The notes beneath the pieces are model-generated. The model had not been told where the DNA came from. It searched no databases and saw only the letters and a program-made list of their open reading frames with translations. Positions 36,568 through 47,293 of a DNA stretch of 64,000 nt are shown here, one piece after another. How positions within the stretch are numbered: position 1 is the stretch's first letter; each line of letters begins with the position of its first letter. Source of the stretch: Candidatus Omnitrophota bacterium (lineage in GTDB: Bacteria; Omnitrophota; Gorgyraeia; Zapsychrales; Fredricksoniimonadaceae); NCBI GenBank assembly GCA_044225175.1, contig JBGAJA010000003.1, positions 69,428 through 133,427 of the forward strand, given 5' to 3'. The position numbers and the translations under genes are program-made.

Positions 36568-39500
36568 AGATTTACTTGCTGTAAGACAAGGGAGGGTAAA
36601 AGAAAACACTGAACCTTTACCATATTCTGAAGTTACAATCATCTTGCCTCCATGCCGCTCTACGATTTTTCTACATATTGCTAAACCAATCCCAATCCCC
36701 GAGTATTCTTGGCCATGGAGGCGGTTGAAAATATCGAAGATTTTATTTAAATCTTCTGGCTTAATTCCTATTCCATTGTCTGTGATGGAAATAAGCCATT
36801 CTTGATCTTGTCGAACGGCAGAGACATTGATAAGAGGGGTCGTATTACTTTTATATTTTAAAGCATTACTGATCAAGTTTTGGAAAAGTTGTATAAGTTG
36901 GGTTTTATTGCCTAAAACTACCGGAAGTTTATCGAAGGTGATCTTAGCACCAGTTTTTTTGATCTTAATTTGTAGATTAGTTAGAACCTGCTTCAAGCAT
37001 TGTTTGCAATCAACTTCTTTTAAAGGGGTTTTTACCTGTTCAATTTGGCAGAATTCAAGCAATTTGCTGATAAGTTCCTGCATGTGCGAAACGCTTGAGT
37101 TAATGTGGCTTATAAATTCTTTGGCTTTCTCATCTAATACTTTACCTACATATTTCTTCTCCAAGAGTTGAAGATAAGAGGAGACCACATTCAGTGGTTC
37201 TTTAAGATCATGAGAGGCCATAAAAGCAAATTGTTCAAGATCGGTATTACTCCGTTTAAGCTCTACGGCATCATTTCGAAAGCGGTTGAGGGATTGCCTG
37301 TGCTTAGTCACATCTTCAATTCCAATCAAGATTAAAGCATCTTTACCCTGTTTTTGTTCTAATCGTGTCGCATTAAGCAGCATGATACGATGACCCAGGT
37401 TTTGAAAATTGTGCTCAATTTCATAATTATCAATTCTTTGCTTTTGTGGCAATATTTCTTCAAGTAGAGTGCGTAATTCTGCAATGTCCCACTGTCCATT
37501 TCCTAAATTGTAGAAACATTTGCCTTCTGTCTCTTTCTCTAAGACTTCAAACGTCTTATAGAAGGAATGGTTAGCGATTTTAACCCGTAGGTCTTTGTCT
37601 AAGACGACCAAGTTTTCTCTTGCTGTCTGTACCATAGCCCTACAAAAATCATTCATTTCTTGAAGATGCAAATTAGTACGTTTAATTCCTTCGATGTCAT
37701 TTAATGTAAGAATAGCTCCTTCAATCTTATTATCGGCAGTTTTATTAGGAAGCACCCGAAGCATAAACCACTGTCCATCTGAAGTCTGTATTTCTTGTTC
37801 TTTAACAATCACTTTATGGATAACATCAAGAAGGATGCGATTTAAGTTGATAGCTTTGATAGCATGTAAATCATTCAGTGGCCTATTCAATTCATTTGGA
37901 AGGAATTGAAGAATTTGAGAAGCAGCCTCATTAAAGCGACGGATCTTAAGATCGTTTCCGATCATGATGATTGGGATTTTAGTGCCGTTAAGCAAATTTG
38001 TTAAATCATTGTTAAGTAAGTTTATCTCCCTACTTTGGGTCTGAAGTTCTTCATTGATCGTCGTGAGTTCTTCATTGGCAGATTGAAGTTCTTCCTTGGA
38101 CGTTTCTAATTCTTCATTAGTGCTTTGCAGTTCTTCATTGCTGGATAGAATTTCTTCATTAGCTGCATCCTGCTGTTCAATGATGGATTGAAGATATTCT
38201 CGGGCAGCAGTCAAATCCCTTCTTAATTGGATAATTTCCTTTTTCTGTTCATTAGGAGTTTGATTTTTTTCTTGAGAAACAGGAGCTTCAATATCTACGG
38301 GTTTTGAGGCTTCAAACAAGATTAAGAAACAGCTTTCATTTGTTTCCGGTAATTTAACCGGAATGATCTCGAGATGGGCAACATGTTCTTTAGATCCATC
38401 TTTAAATTTTATATTAGGCCTATTAACTGTGACATGGGTTTCTTTGGCTTCTCGGATCGCTGTTCCAAGTTCCAATGCCAAGTTTTCTTTAGCCATTCTA
38501 AGAATATGAAAAACTGCTTCACCTGTGGGAGGCTCTAAATACAAATTAGTCTTTCCTCGAAACTGTAGAATCTCAAGATTTTCATTAATCAATACTCCAG
38601 AAGGGGAGTAACGCCCAACAATGATGCGATCAGCTTCTTTTTGGAAATCTGCAGTTGTAGGTACTCTTTGACTATTAGCAGGGGAAGAAAGAACGTAATT
38701 TTTTGTATTCTTATCCATATAAAAATACGTCTCAGGACGAAGAGCAATAAGCTTTTTAGTATAAATATTAAGTTTTTTATCCAGGACATTGAATAAATTG
38801 GAATGAATGCCTACTGTTTCTGAATTTCCCAACACCAGAAAACCATTCGGATTAAGAGCGTAATGAAAAGTTTTCAAGACTCTTTGCTGGAGAGGATTGC
38901 TTAAGTAAATTAATAAATTACGGCATGTGATAACATCCACTCTGGAAAAGGGCGGGTCAGCCATAACGTTTTGTTTGGCGAATATGCACATTTCTCTAAT
39001 GAATTTATTGATACGGTATCCCCCAGTCTCTTTTGTAAAAAAACGGCGAAGACGACTTTCTGATACCTCTGTTTCAATACTTTCGGTGTAAAGCCCCAAC
39101 CGGGCCTTTTCGATGCATTTAGGATCATTGATATCTGTTCCAAAAATTTGGATGGTTGGAGGGGAAGGTTTATGATCAAAGTATTCAATAAGTAGCATAG
39201 CCAGAGAATATGCTTCTTGACCTGTAGAGCAACCAGGTGCCCACATACGGATAATAGAAGGATTATTTTTTGTTATCTCAGGCAGAACTTTATTTTTGAT
39301 TGCTTCAAATATTTCAGGATCTCTAAAGAAGCTGGTCACATTAATCAGGAGATCATGATGAAGAAGTTCGATCTCTTGGTGATTATTTTCCATGTAAGTC
39401 AAATATTCTGCCAGGGTTTGCTTGGCATGAAGGGTCATACGCCGCATAATCCTGCGTTTGATAGTGGTGTCTTTATAATTGGTAAAGTCAATACCAGTGG

Positions 39501-40167
39501 TTGTTCGCAAAAGGGACAGGATTTTATGGAAGTCATTTTCTTGTTCTGGAATTCTAGAATCTTCATCAGCAGTAGCTTTATTGCATAGATAAGGATGACG
39601 GACAATGTTGACTAATTCACGTGCAATTTCTTCAGGAGGCATAATAAAATCGATGGAACCGCTTTCAACAGCATTGCGAGGCATCAGCTGATATTCCGCT
39701 GACTTTTCATTTTGAGCAAAAGTAATGCCACCCGATGCTTTGATCTCTGCTACTCCTACAGTGCCATCGGATCCTGTGCCTGAAAGAATGACACCAATAG
39801 CTCGGTTCTTTTGCTCTGCTAAAGATCGGAATAAAAGATTAATAGGTAAATGTGGGGCTTGGGAATCTCCCCGAGGAGACAGCTTAAAAATATCCCCATT
39901 CAGTTCTACATTAACATTAGGAGGAGTTACATAAACATGATTAGGTTCTATCGTCATGCCATTTTTTATTTCACTTACTGGAATGTTCGTTGTTTTCGAT
40001 AGAATACTGGTGAGTTGACTTGGAAAATTTGGAGCAAGGTGCTGAACAAACACGAAGGCCATTTGAGGGTCTTCAGGTATGTTTGCTAGGAACTTTGTAA
40101 ATGCCTCTAAACCGCCTGCTGAAGCACCGATACCAACTATGGGAAATATTCTTTTTAATTTATTCAT
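36565..40167 (-). CDS. CheB-CheR-PAS-histidine kinase fusion
   Basis: GIGASAGGL, ILSGTGSDG, INVTSFFRD, GCSTGQEAYS, CRNLLIY, NEELQS repeats, ASHDLKEPL, NLISNALKY, GIGLAIC. Confidence 0.93.
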   Translation of the reverse strand: MNKLKRIFPIVGIGASAGGLEAFTKFLANIPEDPQMAFVFVQHLAPNFPSQLTSILSKTTNIPVSEIKNGMTIEPNHVYVTPPNVNVELNGDIFKLSPRGDSQAPHLPINLLFRSLAEQKNRAIGVILSGTGSDGTVGVAEIKASGGITFAQNEKSAEYQLMPRNAVESGSIDFIMPPEEIARELVNIVRHPYLCNKATADEDSRIPEQENDFHKILSLLRTTTGIDFTNYKDTTIKRRIMRRMTLHAKQTLAEYLTYMENNHQEIELLHHDLLINVTSFFRDPEIFEAIKNKVLPEITKNNPSIIRMWAPGCSTGQEAYSLAMLLIEYFDHKPSPPTIQIFGTDINDPKCIEKARLGLYTESIETEVSESRLRRFFTKETGGYRINKFIREMCIFAKQNVMADPPFSRVDVITCRNLLIYLSNPLQQRVLKTFHYALNPNGFLVLGNSETVGIHSNLFNVLDKKLNIYTKKLIALRPETYFYMDKNTKNYVLSSPANSQRVPTTADFQKEADRIIVGRYSPSGVLINENLEILQFRGKTNLYLEPPTGEAVFHILRMAKENLALELGTAIREAKETHVTVNRPNIKFKDGSKEHVAHLEIIPVKLPETNESCFLILFEASKPVDIEAPVSQEKNQTPNEQKKEIIQLRRDLTAAREYLQSIIEQQDAANEEILSSNEELQSTNEELETSKEELQSANEELTTINEELQTQSREINLLNNDLTNLLNGTKIPIIMIGNDLKIRRFNEAASQILQFLPNELNRPLNDLHAIKAINLNRILLDVIHKVIVKEQEIQTSDGQWFMLRVLPNKTADNKIEGAILTLNDIEGIKRTNLHLQEMNDFCRAMVQTARENLVVLDKDLRVKIANHSFYKTFEVLEKETEGKCFYNLGNGQWDIAELRTLLEEILPQKQRIDNYEIEHNFQNLGHRIMLLNATRLEQKQGKDALILIGIEDVTKHRQSLNRFRNDAVELKRSNTDLEQFAFMASHDLKEPLNVVSSYLQLLEKKYVGKVLDEKAKEFISHINSSVSHMQELISKLLEFCQIEQVKTPLKEVDCKQCLKQVLTNLQIKIKKTGAKITFDKLPVVLGNKTQLIQLFQNLISNALKYKSNTTPLINVSAVRQDQEWLISITDNGIGIKPEDLNKIFDIFNRLHGQEYSGIGIGLAICRKIVERHGGKMIVTSEYGKGSVFSFTLPCLTASKS

Positions 40168-40380
40168 GACAAATATCAATCGACAATTCTCATAGTAGGC
40201 CTATTAAAGAAATAGCGCAATCTTTATTAAAGTTGTAGTAGCCGGTAAAAACACCATTCAAATCATTTTAGACAAGATGAAGCAAAGATTAATTTTAGAA
40301 CATATTGCCAGAAAAAATTTAACTTTATTGATAATGAATTGTTATTTATAAGTAATGAGAATGGGGATAGAGCGAATTGT

Positions 40381-40408
40381 TTGACAAAAATCTTTATTTT
40401 GTTATAGT
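40381..40408 (+). promoter_or_regulatory. sigma70 promoter, leaderless start of the uORF
   Basis: TTGACA-16 nt-TATAGT with TGn; ATG follows 6 nt after the -10 hexamer. Confidence 0.65.
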
Positions 40409-40414
40409 CCTCCC

Positions 40415-40714
40415 ATGATTCATTTGCGCAACAAATTTCTTCTCGCTTTTGCTTTCTTGGTGGCTTCGATATTTCTATCGATTTCATTAGGCGGTGAATT
40501 CTTTCACCACAAAATCCACCATCATCAAACAACAGTTTCTCATGATGAGTGTCCGTTGCATCAATTGTTGGTCCAAGCTTTTCTTCTTGCTGTTGCATTG
40601 GGGTGGGGACTGCAGCTAATCAAGTCTTGGTCAAATGTTTTATCCAATGTAGCATTAGTTTTTCCTCCACAATATCTCCTCCCGAGTCTTCGCGCACCAC
40701 CAGTTTCTCTCTAA
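40415..40714 (+). CDS. His-rich DUF2946-like leader protein with RAPP motif
   Basis: Signal/TM, HHKIHHHQTTVSHDECPLH, C-terminal SLRAPP. Confidence 0.7.
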   Translation: MIHLRNKFLLAFAFLVASIFLSISLGGEFFHHKIHHHQTTVSHDECPLHQLLVQAFLLAVALGWGLQLIKSWSNVLSNVALVFPPQYLLPSLRAPPVSL

Positions 40715-40803
40715 AACATAGGTAATACTATTTTAGTCCCTCGCTATTAGCTCGGGATCAATTTGTCCTGCTTACGACAGCAGGATTTCATTGAGGAGAA
40801 TCT

Positions 40804-42078
40804 ATGCGTACATTTGCTATTTTTATCATTCTTTTTTTTCAATTGTGCATTTTTAGCCAGCTTTCTTGGGCAGATTCATCTGTGCAAGAAGACATGAAAG
40901 TCATGAAGGAGCAATTGGTTGCCATGCAGGCCAAGATGAATGCCCTTGAAGATAAGGTGGCTTATCAGCAGGAACAAATCAATCAATATGAAGCATCCAA
41001 GCAAATAGCGCAGCCTGAGACTACTCTTGCACCTAATCGTCTCATCCGTGGCAAATGGACACCAGAAATTGGGGTGGTTGCTGATACCGTCTTAAAACTA
41101 GATAGTTCTAAAGCGGATGGGGAAGGCAATAATCGGCTTTCTTTACGTGAATTGGAATTAGTCTTAGGAAGTGACGTAGATCCTTTTTCACGTCTGGATA
41201 CGACGATTGCTTTTTCAGATGCGGAAGATGAAACTGTTTCTTTAGAGGAAGCTTATTTGACACGGTTTGGCTTACCTTTGGATACAACGGCACGGATCGG
41301 TAAATTTAAGCCTAAGATTGGTAAAGTTTTAGGTACTCATCGGGATGGTTTGGATACCGTTGATGAGCCTTTGGTGATTCAACGCTATTTTGGAACAGAA
41401 GGAATGAGTAAGGCGGGTATTGATGTTACAAAAACATTAGATTTGGCCTTGCCCGTGACTCAACAAGTTGTTTTGGGGGTTCTTGAGGGTGGCCATGGGG
41501 AGGATGGATCAGCCTTTGGGACCACCCACAGGTCTCCGACACTCTATGGTCATTTGAAAAACTACATTGATCTTAGCGAAACGACAGGATTGGAAGTGGG
41601 ATTCTCTCCTATGTTTGGTTCAGGTAGTGACAAACCTGGTTTTGACTCTCAAGTGTTAGGCGCTGATATGACTTTGATTCAGCATCTTGGATCCATTCAA
41701 ACCATCAAATGGCAGAACGAAGCCTTTAATGTCAACCATCGCAAAACTGCAGGCATTGATACTGACTCCGATGGCTTTGCAGATACAAAAGTCGACGGAA
41801 ATATATGGGGAGCATATAGTCTTTTAGATTACCATTTCCATTCGGCATGGTCGGTAGGGTTTCGCTACGATTACACACAGCTAGTCAATAATGATCCAAC
41901 GGTTAATCCCCGCAATAATGATCAGGGTGAAACAGGCTATCTCACTTTTTATCAAAGTGAATTTGCCCGTTGGCGATTACAGTATAGCCATGCAGCATTA
42001 GCAACTGGAAAAGATAATAATACTGTGTATCTCCAAGGCACATTTGCGATTGGTGATCATAAACATAAATTACAATAG
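40804..42078 (+). CDS. outer-membrane beta-barrel protein of a metal-uptake locus
   Basis: Signal peptide, coiled coil, LRELEL...VDPF, LEEAY, SEFARWRLQY, C-terminal IGDHKH. Confidence 0.7.
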   Translation: MRTFAIFIILFFQLCIFSQLSWADSSVQEDMKVMKEQLVAMQAKMNALEDKVAYQQEQINQYEASKQIAQPETTLAPNRLIRGKWTPEIGVVADTVLKLDSSKADGEGNNRLSLRELELVLGSDVDPFSRLDTTIAFSDAEDETVSLEEAYLTRFGLPLDTTARIGKFKPKIGKVLGTHRDGLDTVDEPLVIQRYFGTEGMSKAGIDVTKTLDLALPVTQQVVLGVLEGGHGEDGSAFGTTHRSPTLYGHLKNYIDLSETTGLEVGFSPMFGSGSDKPGFDSQVLGADMTLIQHLGSIQTIKWQNEAFNVNHRKTAGIDTDSDGFADTKVDGNIWGAYSLLDYHFHSAWSVGFRYDYTQLVNNDPTVNPRNNDQGETGYLTFYQSEFARWRLQYSHAALATGKDNNTVYLQGTFAIGDHKHKLQ

Positions 42079-42091
42079 AAAGGTTCACTCT

Positions 42092-43009
42092 ATGAAATAT
42101 TTGTTCATTTATTTTGTTTTGATTGGCGCTTGCATGACATCTCATGTATTCGCAGCTGAAAGTTTAAACATTGTAACGACTCAAACCATCTTCGCGGATT
42201 TGGTCAAACAGATCGGAAAAGATAAGGTGAATGTGCAAGCGATAGCATCGCCTAAATACAACATTCATTTTATTCAGCCTAAACCTAGTGATGTTCGTAA
42301 GGTGTCCAAGGCTGACTTATACATTAATGCGGGTCTGGATTTAGAAGCATGGTCTGATCCATTGTTAGAGGCTGTGGGTAACCTTAAGCTTTTTAGAAAT
42401 AGTCCTCGAAATGTGGATTTATCTCAAGGTATTAAGCTTTTGGAGATTCCCGACCATCCCCTGAGTCGAGCTGAAGGAGATATCCATGCTTTCGGTAATC
42501 CACATTTTCAAATGAATCCCGAAAATGCAAAGGTCATGGCGCAGACTATCCTTAAGAAATTAGAGGAGATTGATCCTGCTAATACCTCTTATTATGAGAA
42601 CAATGCCAAAGCGTTCTTTACTAAGTTGGAGGAGAAAGTCGCCCAATGGAGAACTCTCTGCGCACATTGTAAGGGCAAGGAGATTATTTCCTACCACGAG
42701 GACATTGCGTATTTCGCAGACTTTTTAGGGCTCAAAGTGGAACAGTTTTTGGAGCCAAAGCCAGGAATTCCCCCTACGCCAAAGCATATGCGGTTCTTAG
42801 AAGAGTATGCCAAGGCCAATCACATCACAGCGGTTGTTCGGCCGACATATTACTCTCAAGATGCTGCTCAATCCTTGGCAGGAAAAATTGGGGGAACAGT
42901 TGTTACTATCTGTCAGTCAGTAGGGGAAATTCCAGGAACAGAAGACTTTTTTAGTTTTTTTGACCATAACTTTATGCAAATTAGCCAAGCCATGCCTGCG
43001 GGCAGATAA
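42092..43009 (+). CDS. Zn/Mn ABC substrate-binding protein (ZnuA-like)
   Basis: NIHFIQPKPS, GLDLE, GDIHAFGNPHF, YHE, EPKPGIPPTPKH. Confidence 0.88.
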   Translation: MKYLFIYFVLIGACMTSHVFAAESLNIVTTQTIFADLVKQIGKDKVNVQAIASPKYNIHFIQPKPSDVRKVSKADLYINAGLDLEAWSDPLLEAVGNLKLFRNSPRNVDLSQGIKLLEIPDHPLSRAEGDIHAFGNPHFQMNPENAKVMAQTILKKLEEIDPANTSYYENNAKAFFTKLEEKVAQWRTLCAHCKGKEIISYHEDIAYFADFLGLKVEQFLEPKPGIPPTPKHMRFLEEYAKANHITAVVRPTYYSQDAAQSLAGKIGGTVVTICQSVGEIPGTEDFFSFFDHNFMQISQAMPAGR

Positions 43010-43020
43010 GGAGTTAAGTG

Positions 43021-43863
43021 ATGGATGAATTCCTCCATGTGATGATGTTTCCTTTTTTAGCGTGCCTCATCCTTGTGGCTAGTCATGCATATTTGGGTTT
43101 TCATGTGATTGAGCGTCAGGTCATTTTTGTTGACCTGGCGCTAGCCCAAATTGCTGTACTAGGGGCAAGTGTAGCTCTGGTGATAGGGCATGACCTCAAT
43201 AGCTCTCAGGCCTACTGGACTTCTTTGGCCTTTACAATGGCAGGAGCAGCTATTTTCTCTTTAACGAGGTTAAAGAATGAACGTGTTCCCCATGAAGCCA
43301 TCATTGGGATTACCTATGTTGTTTCGGCGGCCTTATTAATTTTAGTACTAAGCCGTTCGGGAGAAGGTGATGAACATATCAAAGAAGCACTAGTCGGAAA
43401 CATTCTATTAGTCAGTAAGCCCGAATTGATCCGTCTAACAGTTATTTATACAATCCTTGGAGTTATTCATTTCTTTTACCGTAAATATTTCTTTATGATT
43501 TCTAGTGATCCTAATGCTGCATTTGCCAAAGGATTGAAGGTTCGAGGGTGGGACTTTCTATTTTATTTAACTTTTGGTGTGGCTGTGACTAATTCTGTGA
43601 GGATCGCAGGAGTTTTGTTGGTTTTTTCCTATCTGGTTGTGCCGTCCGTCTGTGCCATGTTTTTAGCTAATAATTTGAAAAGCCGCTTACTTATAGGATG
43701 GATGATTGGACTTGTTGCCAGTGTTCTAGGAATGGCCTTTTCTTATTACCTAGATTTTCCAACAGGTGCCAGTGTGGTATGTATGTTGGGATTGCTTTTA
43801 ATTGTCGTAGTGGTTCTCAAGAAAGTTTTAAGAATTAATCCTGAAGCAGGATATCGGAATTGA
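43021..43863 (+). CDS. Zn/Mn ABC permease (ZnuB-like)
   Basis: FVDLALAQIA, EAIIG, GVLLVFSYLVVP, DFPTGA. Confidence 0.88.
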   Translation: MDEFLHVMMFPFLACLILVASHAYLGFHVIERQVIFVDLALAQIAVLGASVALVIGHDLNSSQAYWTSLAFTMAGAAIFSLTRLKNERVPHEAIIGITYVVSAALLILVLSRSGEGDEHIKEALVGNILLVSKPELIRLTVIYTILGVIHFFYRKYFFMISSDPNAAFAKGLKVRGWDFLFYLTFGVAVTNSVRIAGVLLVFSYLVVPSVCAMFLANNLKSRLLIGWMIGLVASVLGMAFSYYLDFPTGASVVCMLGLLLIVVVVLKKVLRINPEAGYRN

Positions 43864-44920
43864 TCTCTTTGAGATTTTTACAGCCGCACAAGGCCATGGC
43901 AATTTCCAACTCATCTCGCAGTAATTTAATTGCATGAGCCACACCATAGGCCCCATTGCAAGCAAGAGCATAGACCAAAGGTCTGCCTACCATGACGGCT
44001 GAAGCGCCCAAGGCAAGAGCCTTAAGAATATCTGTGCCCCTTCTAATGCCACCATCAACAATAATGGGCATGGACCCATTGATCACGCGAACTATTTCAG
44101 GTAGTAGTTCGGCAGTGGGTGCAACCGTATCTAAGATTCTGCCGCCATGATTGCTAACAATGATTCCTTTGGCTTTATATTTCTTTGCAAGCCTGGCATC
44201 ATCAGGATGGGTGATCCCTTTCAGAAGGACAGGCAATTTAGTATGGGAGATAAGCCATTTAAGACTATCCCAATCAGGAGCATAAGACATGATATCTAAA
44301 ACAGTATTGAGTCGCTCTTGATTGGAAGGTGCTCTATTCAGGTCTTTTAAATGCACAGGAGAAATTCCTGGTGGAAGACGAAAGCCAGCTCGTCGTTCCT
44401 CATCGCGGCTTCCATTGATAGGGGCATCGACCGTTAATACGATTGCCTCATACTTTGCTTCTTCTACTTCTTTGATCAACTGACGATTAAAAGCTTGATC
44501 GTGTTGTAAATAAAGTTGAAACCAAAGAGGCCCGCGTTCGGCTTCATTAAGAACAATTTTGGCAATTTCTTGCAAGGGGGTGCTGGTTTGAGTGCTTACG
44601 GTGACTCCTACTCCTTGAGCTGCTGCAGCTGTAGCCAGTGCAGATTCTCCCTCTGGATGGGCCAAACGCTGGTAAGCCATAGGGGCAGAAAAAATAGGAT
44701 AGGGGCATCGTTTACCTAATAACATGCTATGGGTATGGGCTCCTTTAAAATTCTTAAGCACCCGAGGATTTAATTGGATATTGGCCCAAGCTTTCAGATT
44801 GGAATGTGCTGTTAACTCATCTGCAGCCCCGCCATTAAAATAGGCCCAAATATCTTTGGGTAGAATTTTCTGGGCCTGCTTCTCGTAATCCATGAGATTG
44901 ATATATTGATTGGGTGTCAT
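43835..44920 (-). CDS. FMN-dependent alpha-hydroxy-acid oxidase/dehydrogenase
   Basis: GGAADE, WFQLY, LTVDAP, VSNHGGR, DGGIRRGTDILKALALGA, VGRP. Confidence 0.92.
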   Translation of the reverse strand: MTPNQYINLMDYEKQAQKILPKDIWAYFNGGAADELTAHSNLKAWANIQLNPRVLKNFKGAHTHSMLLGKRCPYPIFSAPMAYQRLAHPEGESALATAAAAQGVGVTVSTQTSTPLQEIAKIVLNEAERGPLWFQLYLQHDQAFNRQLIKEVEEAKYEAIVLTVDAPINGSRDEERRAGFRLPPGISPVHLKDLNRAPSNQERLNTVLDIMSYAPDWDSLKWLISHTKLPVLLKGITHPDDARLAKKYKAKGIIVSNHGGRILDTVAPTAELLPEIVRVINGSMPIIVDGGIRRGTDILKALALGASAVMVGRPLVYALACNGAYGVAHAIKLLRDELEIAMALCGCKNLKEINSDILLQD

Positions 44921-45075
44921 AAGTCAAAAGATTATATATCTTTTCTTGAACTGTATAGATATTTTTTGTCATGAAGAAAGCAGGATTTTCTTTTGTTTGA
45001 CCATGCATGGTATGAATGATAAAGTTACCATCCTTTATGTGTTAGACCAAAATAAATGAAAATTTCAGGTGCAAG

Positions 45076-47130
45076 ATGAGTGAATTGATTTTTTTGCAAG
45101 ATATGGCTATTGTTATGGTCGTCAGCGCTGTGGCCATGGTTATTTGCAATCGTCTACATTTACCTGTTGTTTTAGGATATATTTTAGCAGGCCTTTTGAT
45201 TGGTCCGCATACCCCGCCGTATTCTCTTGTCACAGATATCCACAGCATCCATACTTTGGCCGCATTAGGTGTCATATTTCTTTTATTTTCCATTGGACTT
45301 GAATTTAGTTTTACAAAATTGTTAAAGGTTGGAGCAGTTGCGTTTGTCGCATCTACGTTTGAAATTATTTTGATGGTGTGGATTGGATACTCTTTAGGTA
45401 AATGCATGGGTTGGAAACAAATGGATAGCTTGTTCTTGGGAGCGATTTTATCTATTTCGAGTACGACTATTATCGCTAAGATTTTGATGGAGAATAAAAA
45501 GCTTAATGAGAAATTTGCTCAAGTCATTCTGGGGATATTGGTGGTAGAGGATTTATGGGCCATTGTTATCATAGCACTGCTTTCGGGTATTGCCACGACG
45601 GGAGCTTTGACATTGGGCGCTATCAGTTTTTCGATGGTCAAAGTCTTTATTTTTATTGGAGGCGTCCTGTTTTTTGGATTTTTATGTGTGCCACGATTAC
45701 TCCGATACATTGAGCGCCTGCAAAACCAGGAAATGATGGTCGTTATTGTGCTTGGTCTATGTTTTGGTATTTCTCTTTTAGCAGCTAAAGCAGGTTTTTC
45801 TATTGCTTTGGGGGCTTTTCTCATCGGCGCGGTCATTGCAGAAACTAAGCAAGGCCATTCCATCGTCTCAAGTATGGGATCAATACGGGACATGTTTACG
45901 GCCATCTTCTTTGTTTCTATAGGAATGCTCATTGAGCCCTCCGTGCTTGTGCAGTATTGGCTTCCTATTCTTCTGATAGCCTTGATCACGATTATAGGTA
46001 AAGTTTTTAGCTGTTCTTTAATCACATTTCTTACAGGCCATGATTCACAGACATCTATGAAGGTTGGCTTAGGGTTAGCCCAGATCGGTGAATTCTCTTT
46101 CATTATTGCTCAACTGGGTTTGGATACGAATGTCACGAGCTCATTTCTTTATCCGATCGCGGTGTCTGTTTCAGCACTGACAACTATCACGACACCTTTT
46201 TTAATGAATAATTCCACCTCTATTATTAAACAAATCAAGCGGTTTGCCCCCAAGCCTATTTTAACTTTCGGCCATTTTTATCCTTCATGGATATCTAAGA
46301 TCGGTGGTACGGATGTGAGCCAGCAGAAGAAAATGGTGATACTGTTGGATATCAAAAAGTATTTACCAAAGTTTATCCTTTATACAATGTGTGTAGTGGC
46401 TGCCTATTTTATGGGAAATACCTACCGCCATATCTTTAGCCAATTTAATGACAATGTTTTTTGGAGCATCATTACCTTGTTATCTTTTCCTTTTCTCATT
46501 GGTTTTGTCCATACTCTAGACAAGATGCTTTGGGAGGGGGTGTTTTTGAACCTTGTTAAGTCCAAGAGTGAGATCTATAAGGTCAAAGAAACGGAAGAAT
46601 TCTTTCACAGTACAATTCGTTTTATGGCAGCTATCACAAGCGGATTAGTTTTCATTTTTGTAACCTCTTTTATCATTCCAACGATTCCCTTGACCGTTTT
46701 TATTATTGTTCTGGTTGTGTCCACAGGGGGGTTCTTCTGGAAATCCACTAGCCGAGTCCATGAGAACATTGAAAAGGCTATATTAGGGGTCATGGATTAT
46801 GAGAAACCATTAAATGAGGAACAAGCTAGATCTACCCACGATCAATTAGTTGACTTGATCCGCACTAACTATCCATTATCTTTTGAAACCCAAGACGTAC
46901 TTTTACCTTATGAAAAATGTGCCGTTAATAAAACGATTAAGGACCTTGATCTGCGGTCTAAAACAGGGGTAAGTATTGTCGGTATCTATAGGGAAGAAAA
47001 AACTATTCCTAATCCTTCTGCCCAAGAAGAGCTTTTGCCAGGAGACGTTATTGTGATTATAGGCACACAGGAGCAAATTAAGATGGGAATGCAATATTTA
47101 CAAGAAAAAATGAGGGAACTTTCTGACTAA
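45076..47130 (+). CDS. CPA2 cation:proton antiporter with TrkA-C domain
   Basis: LGYILAGLLIGP, SISSTTI, VEDL, LAQIGEFSF; C-terminal DLRSKTGVSIVGI. Confidence 0.9.
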   Translation: MSELIFLQDMAIVMVVSAVAMVICNRLHLPVVLGYILAGLLIGPHTPPYSLVTDIHSIHTLAALGVIFLLFSIGLEFSFTKLLKVGAVAFVASTFEIILMVWIGYSLGKCMGWKQMDSLFLGAILSISSTTIIAKILMENKKLNEKFAQVILGILVVEDLWAIVIIALLSGIATTGALTLGAISFSMVKVFIFIGGVLFFGFLCVPRLLRYIERLQNQEMMVVIVLGLCFGISLLAAKAGFSIALGAFLIGAVIAETKQGHSIVSSMGSIRDMFTAIFFVSIGMLIEPSVLVQYWLPILLIALITIIGKVFSCSLITFLTGHDSQTSMKVGLGLAQIGEFSFIIAQLGLDTNVTSSFLYPIAVSVSALTTITTPFLMNNSTSIIKQIKRFAPKPILTFGHFYPSWISKIGGTDVSQQKKMVILLDIKKYLPKFILYTMCVVAAYFMGNTYRHIFSQFNDNVFWSIITLLSFPFLIGFVHTLDKMLWEGVFLNLVKSKSEIYKVKETEEFFHSTIRFMAAITSGLVFIFVTSFIIPTIPLTVFIIVLVVSTGGFFWKSTSRVHENIEKAILGVMDYEKPLNEEQARSTHDQLVDLIRTNYPLSFETQDVLLPYEKCAVNKTIKDLDLRSKTGVSIVGIYREEKTIPNPSAQEELLPGDVIVIIGTQEQIKMGMQYLQEKMRELSD

Positions 47131-47293
47131 ATAAGCCCCTATTAAGCTAAAGTCTCTTCAACTTGGCTTGTAGAGGTTTGAATAAGATTCTGTTTTAATT
47201 CTATTTTCATCTATGCTTTATTTTTCCTATATTAAAATCTCTTAATTTTAAAGAGGCAGATATGTCTACTAATTTTATTTTTAGGAGCCGGGG

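Noticed and set aside
40330-40350. GATAATGAATTGTTATT as a Fur/Zur box
   Set aside because: Only one half-site matches, in very AT-rich sequence.
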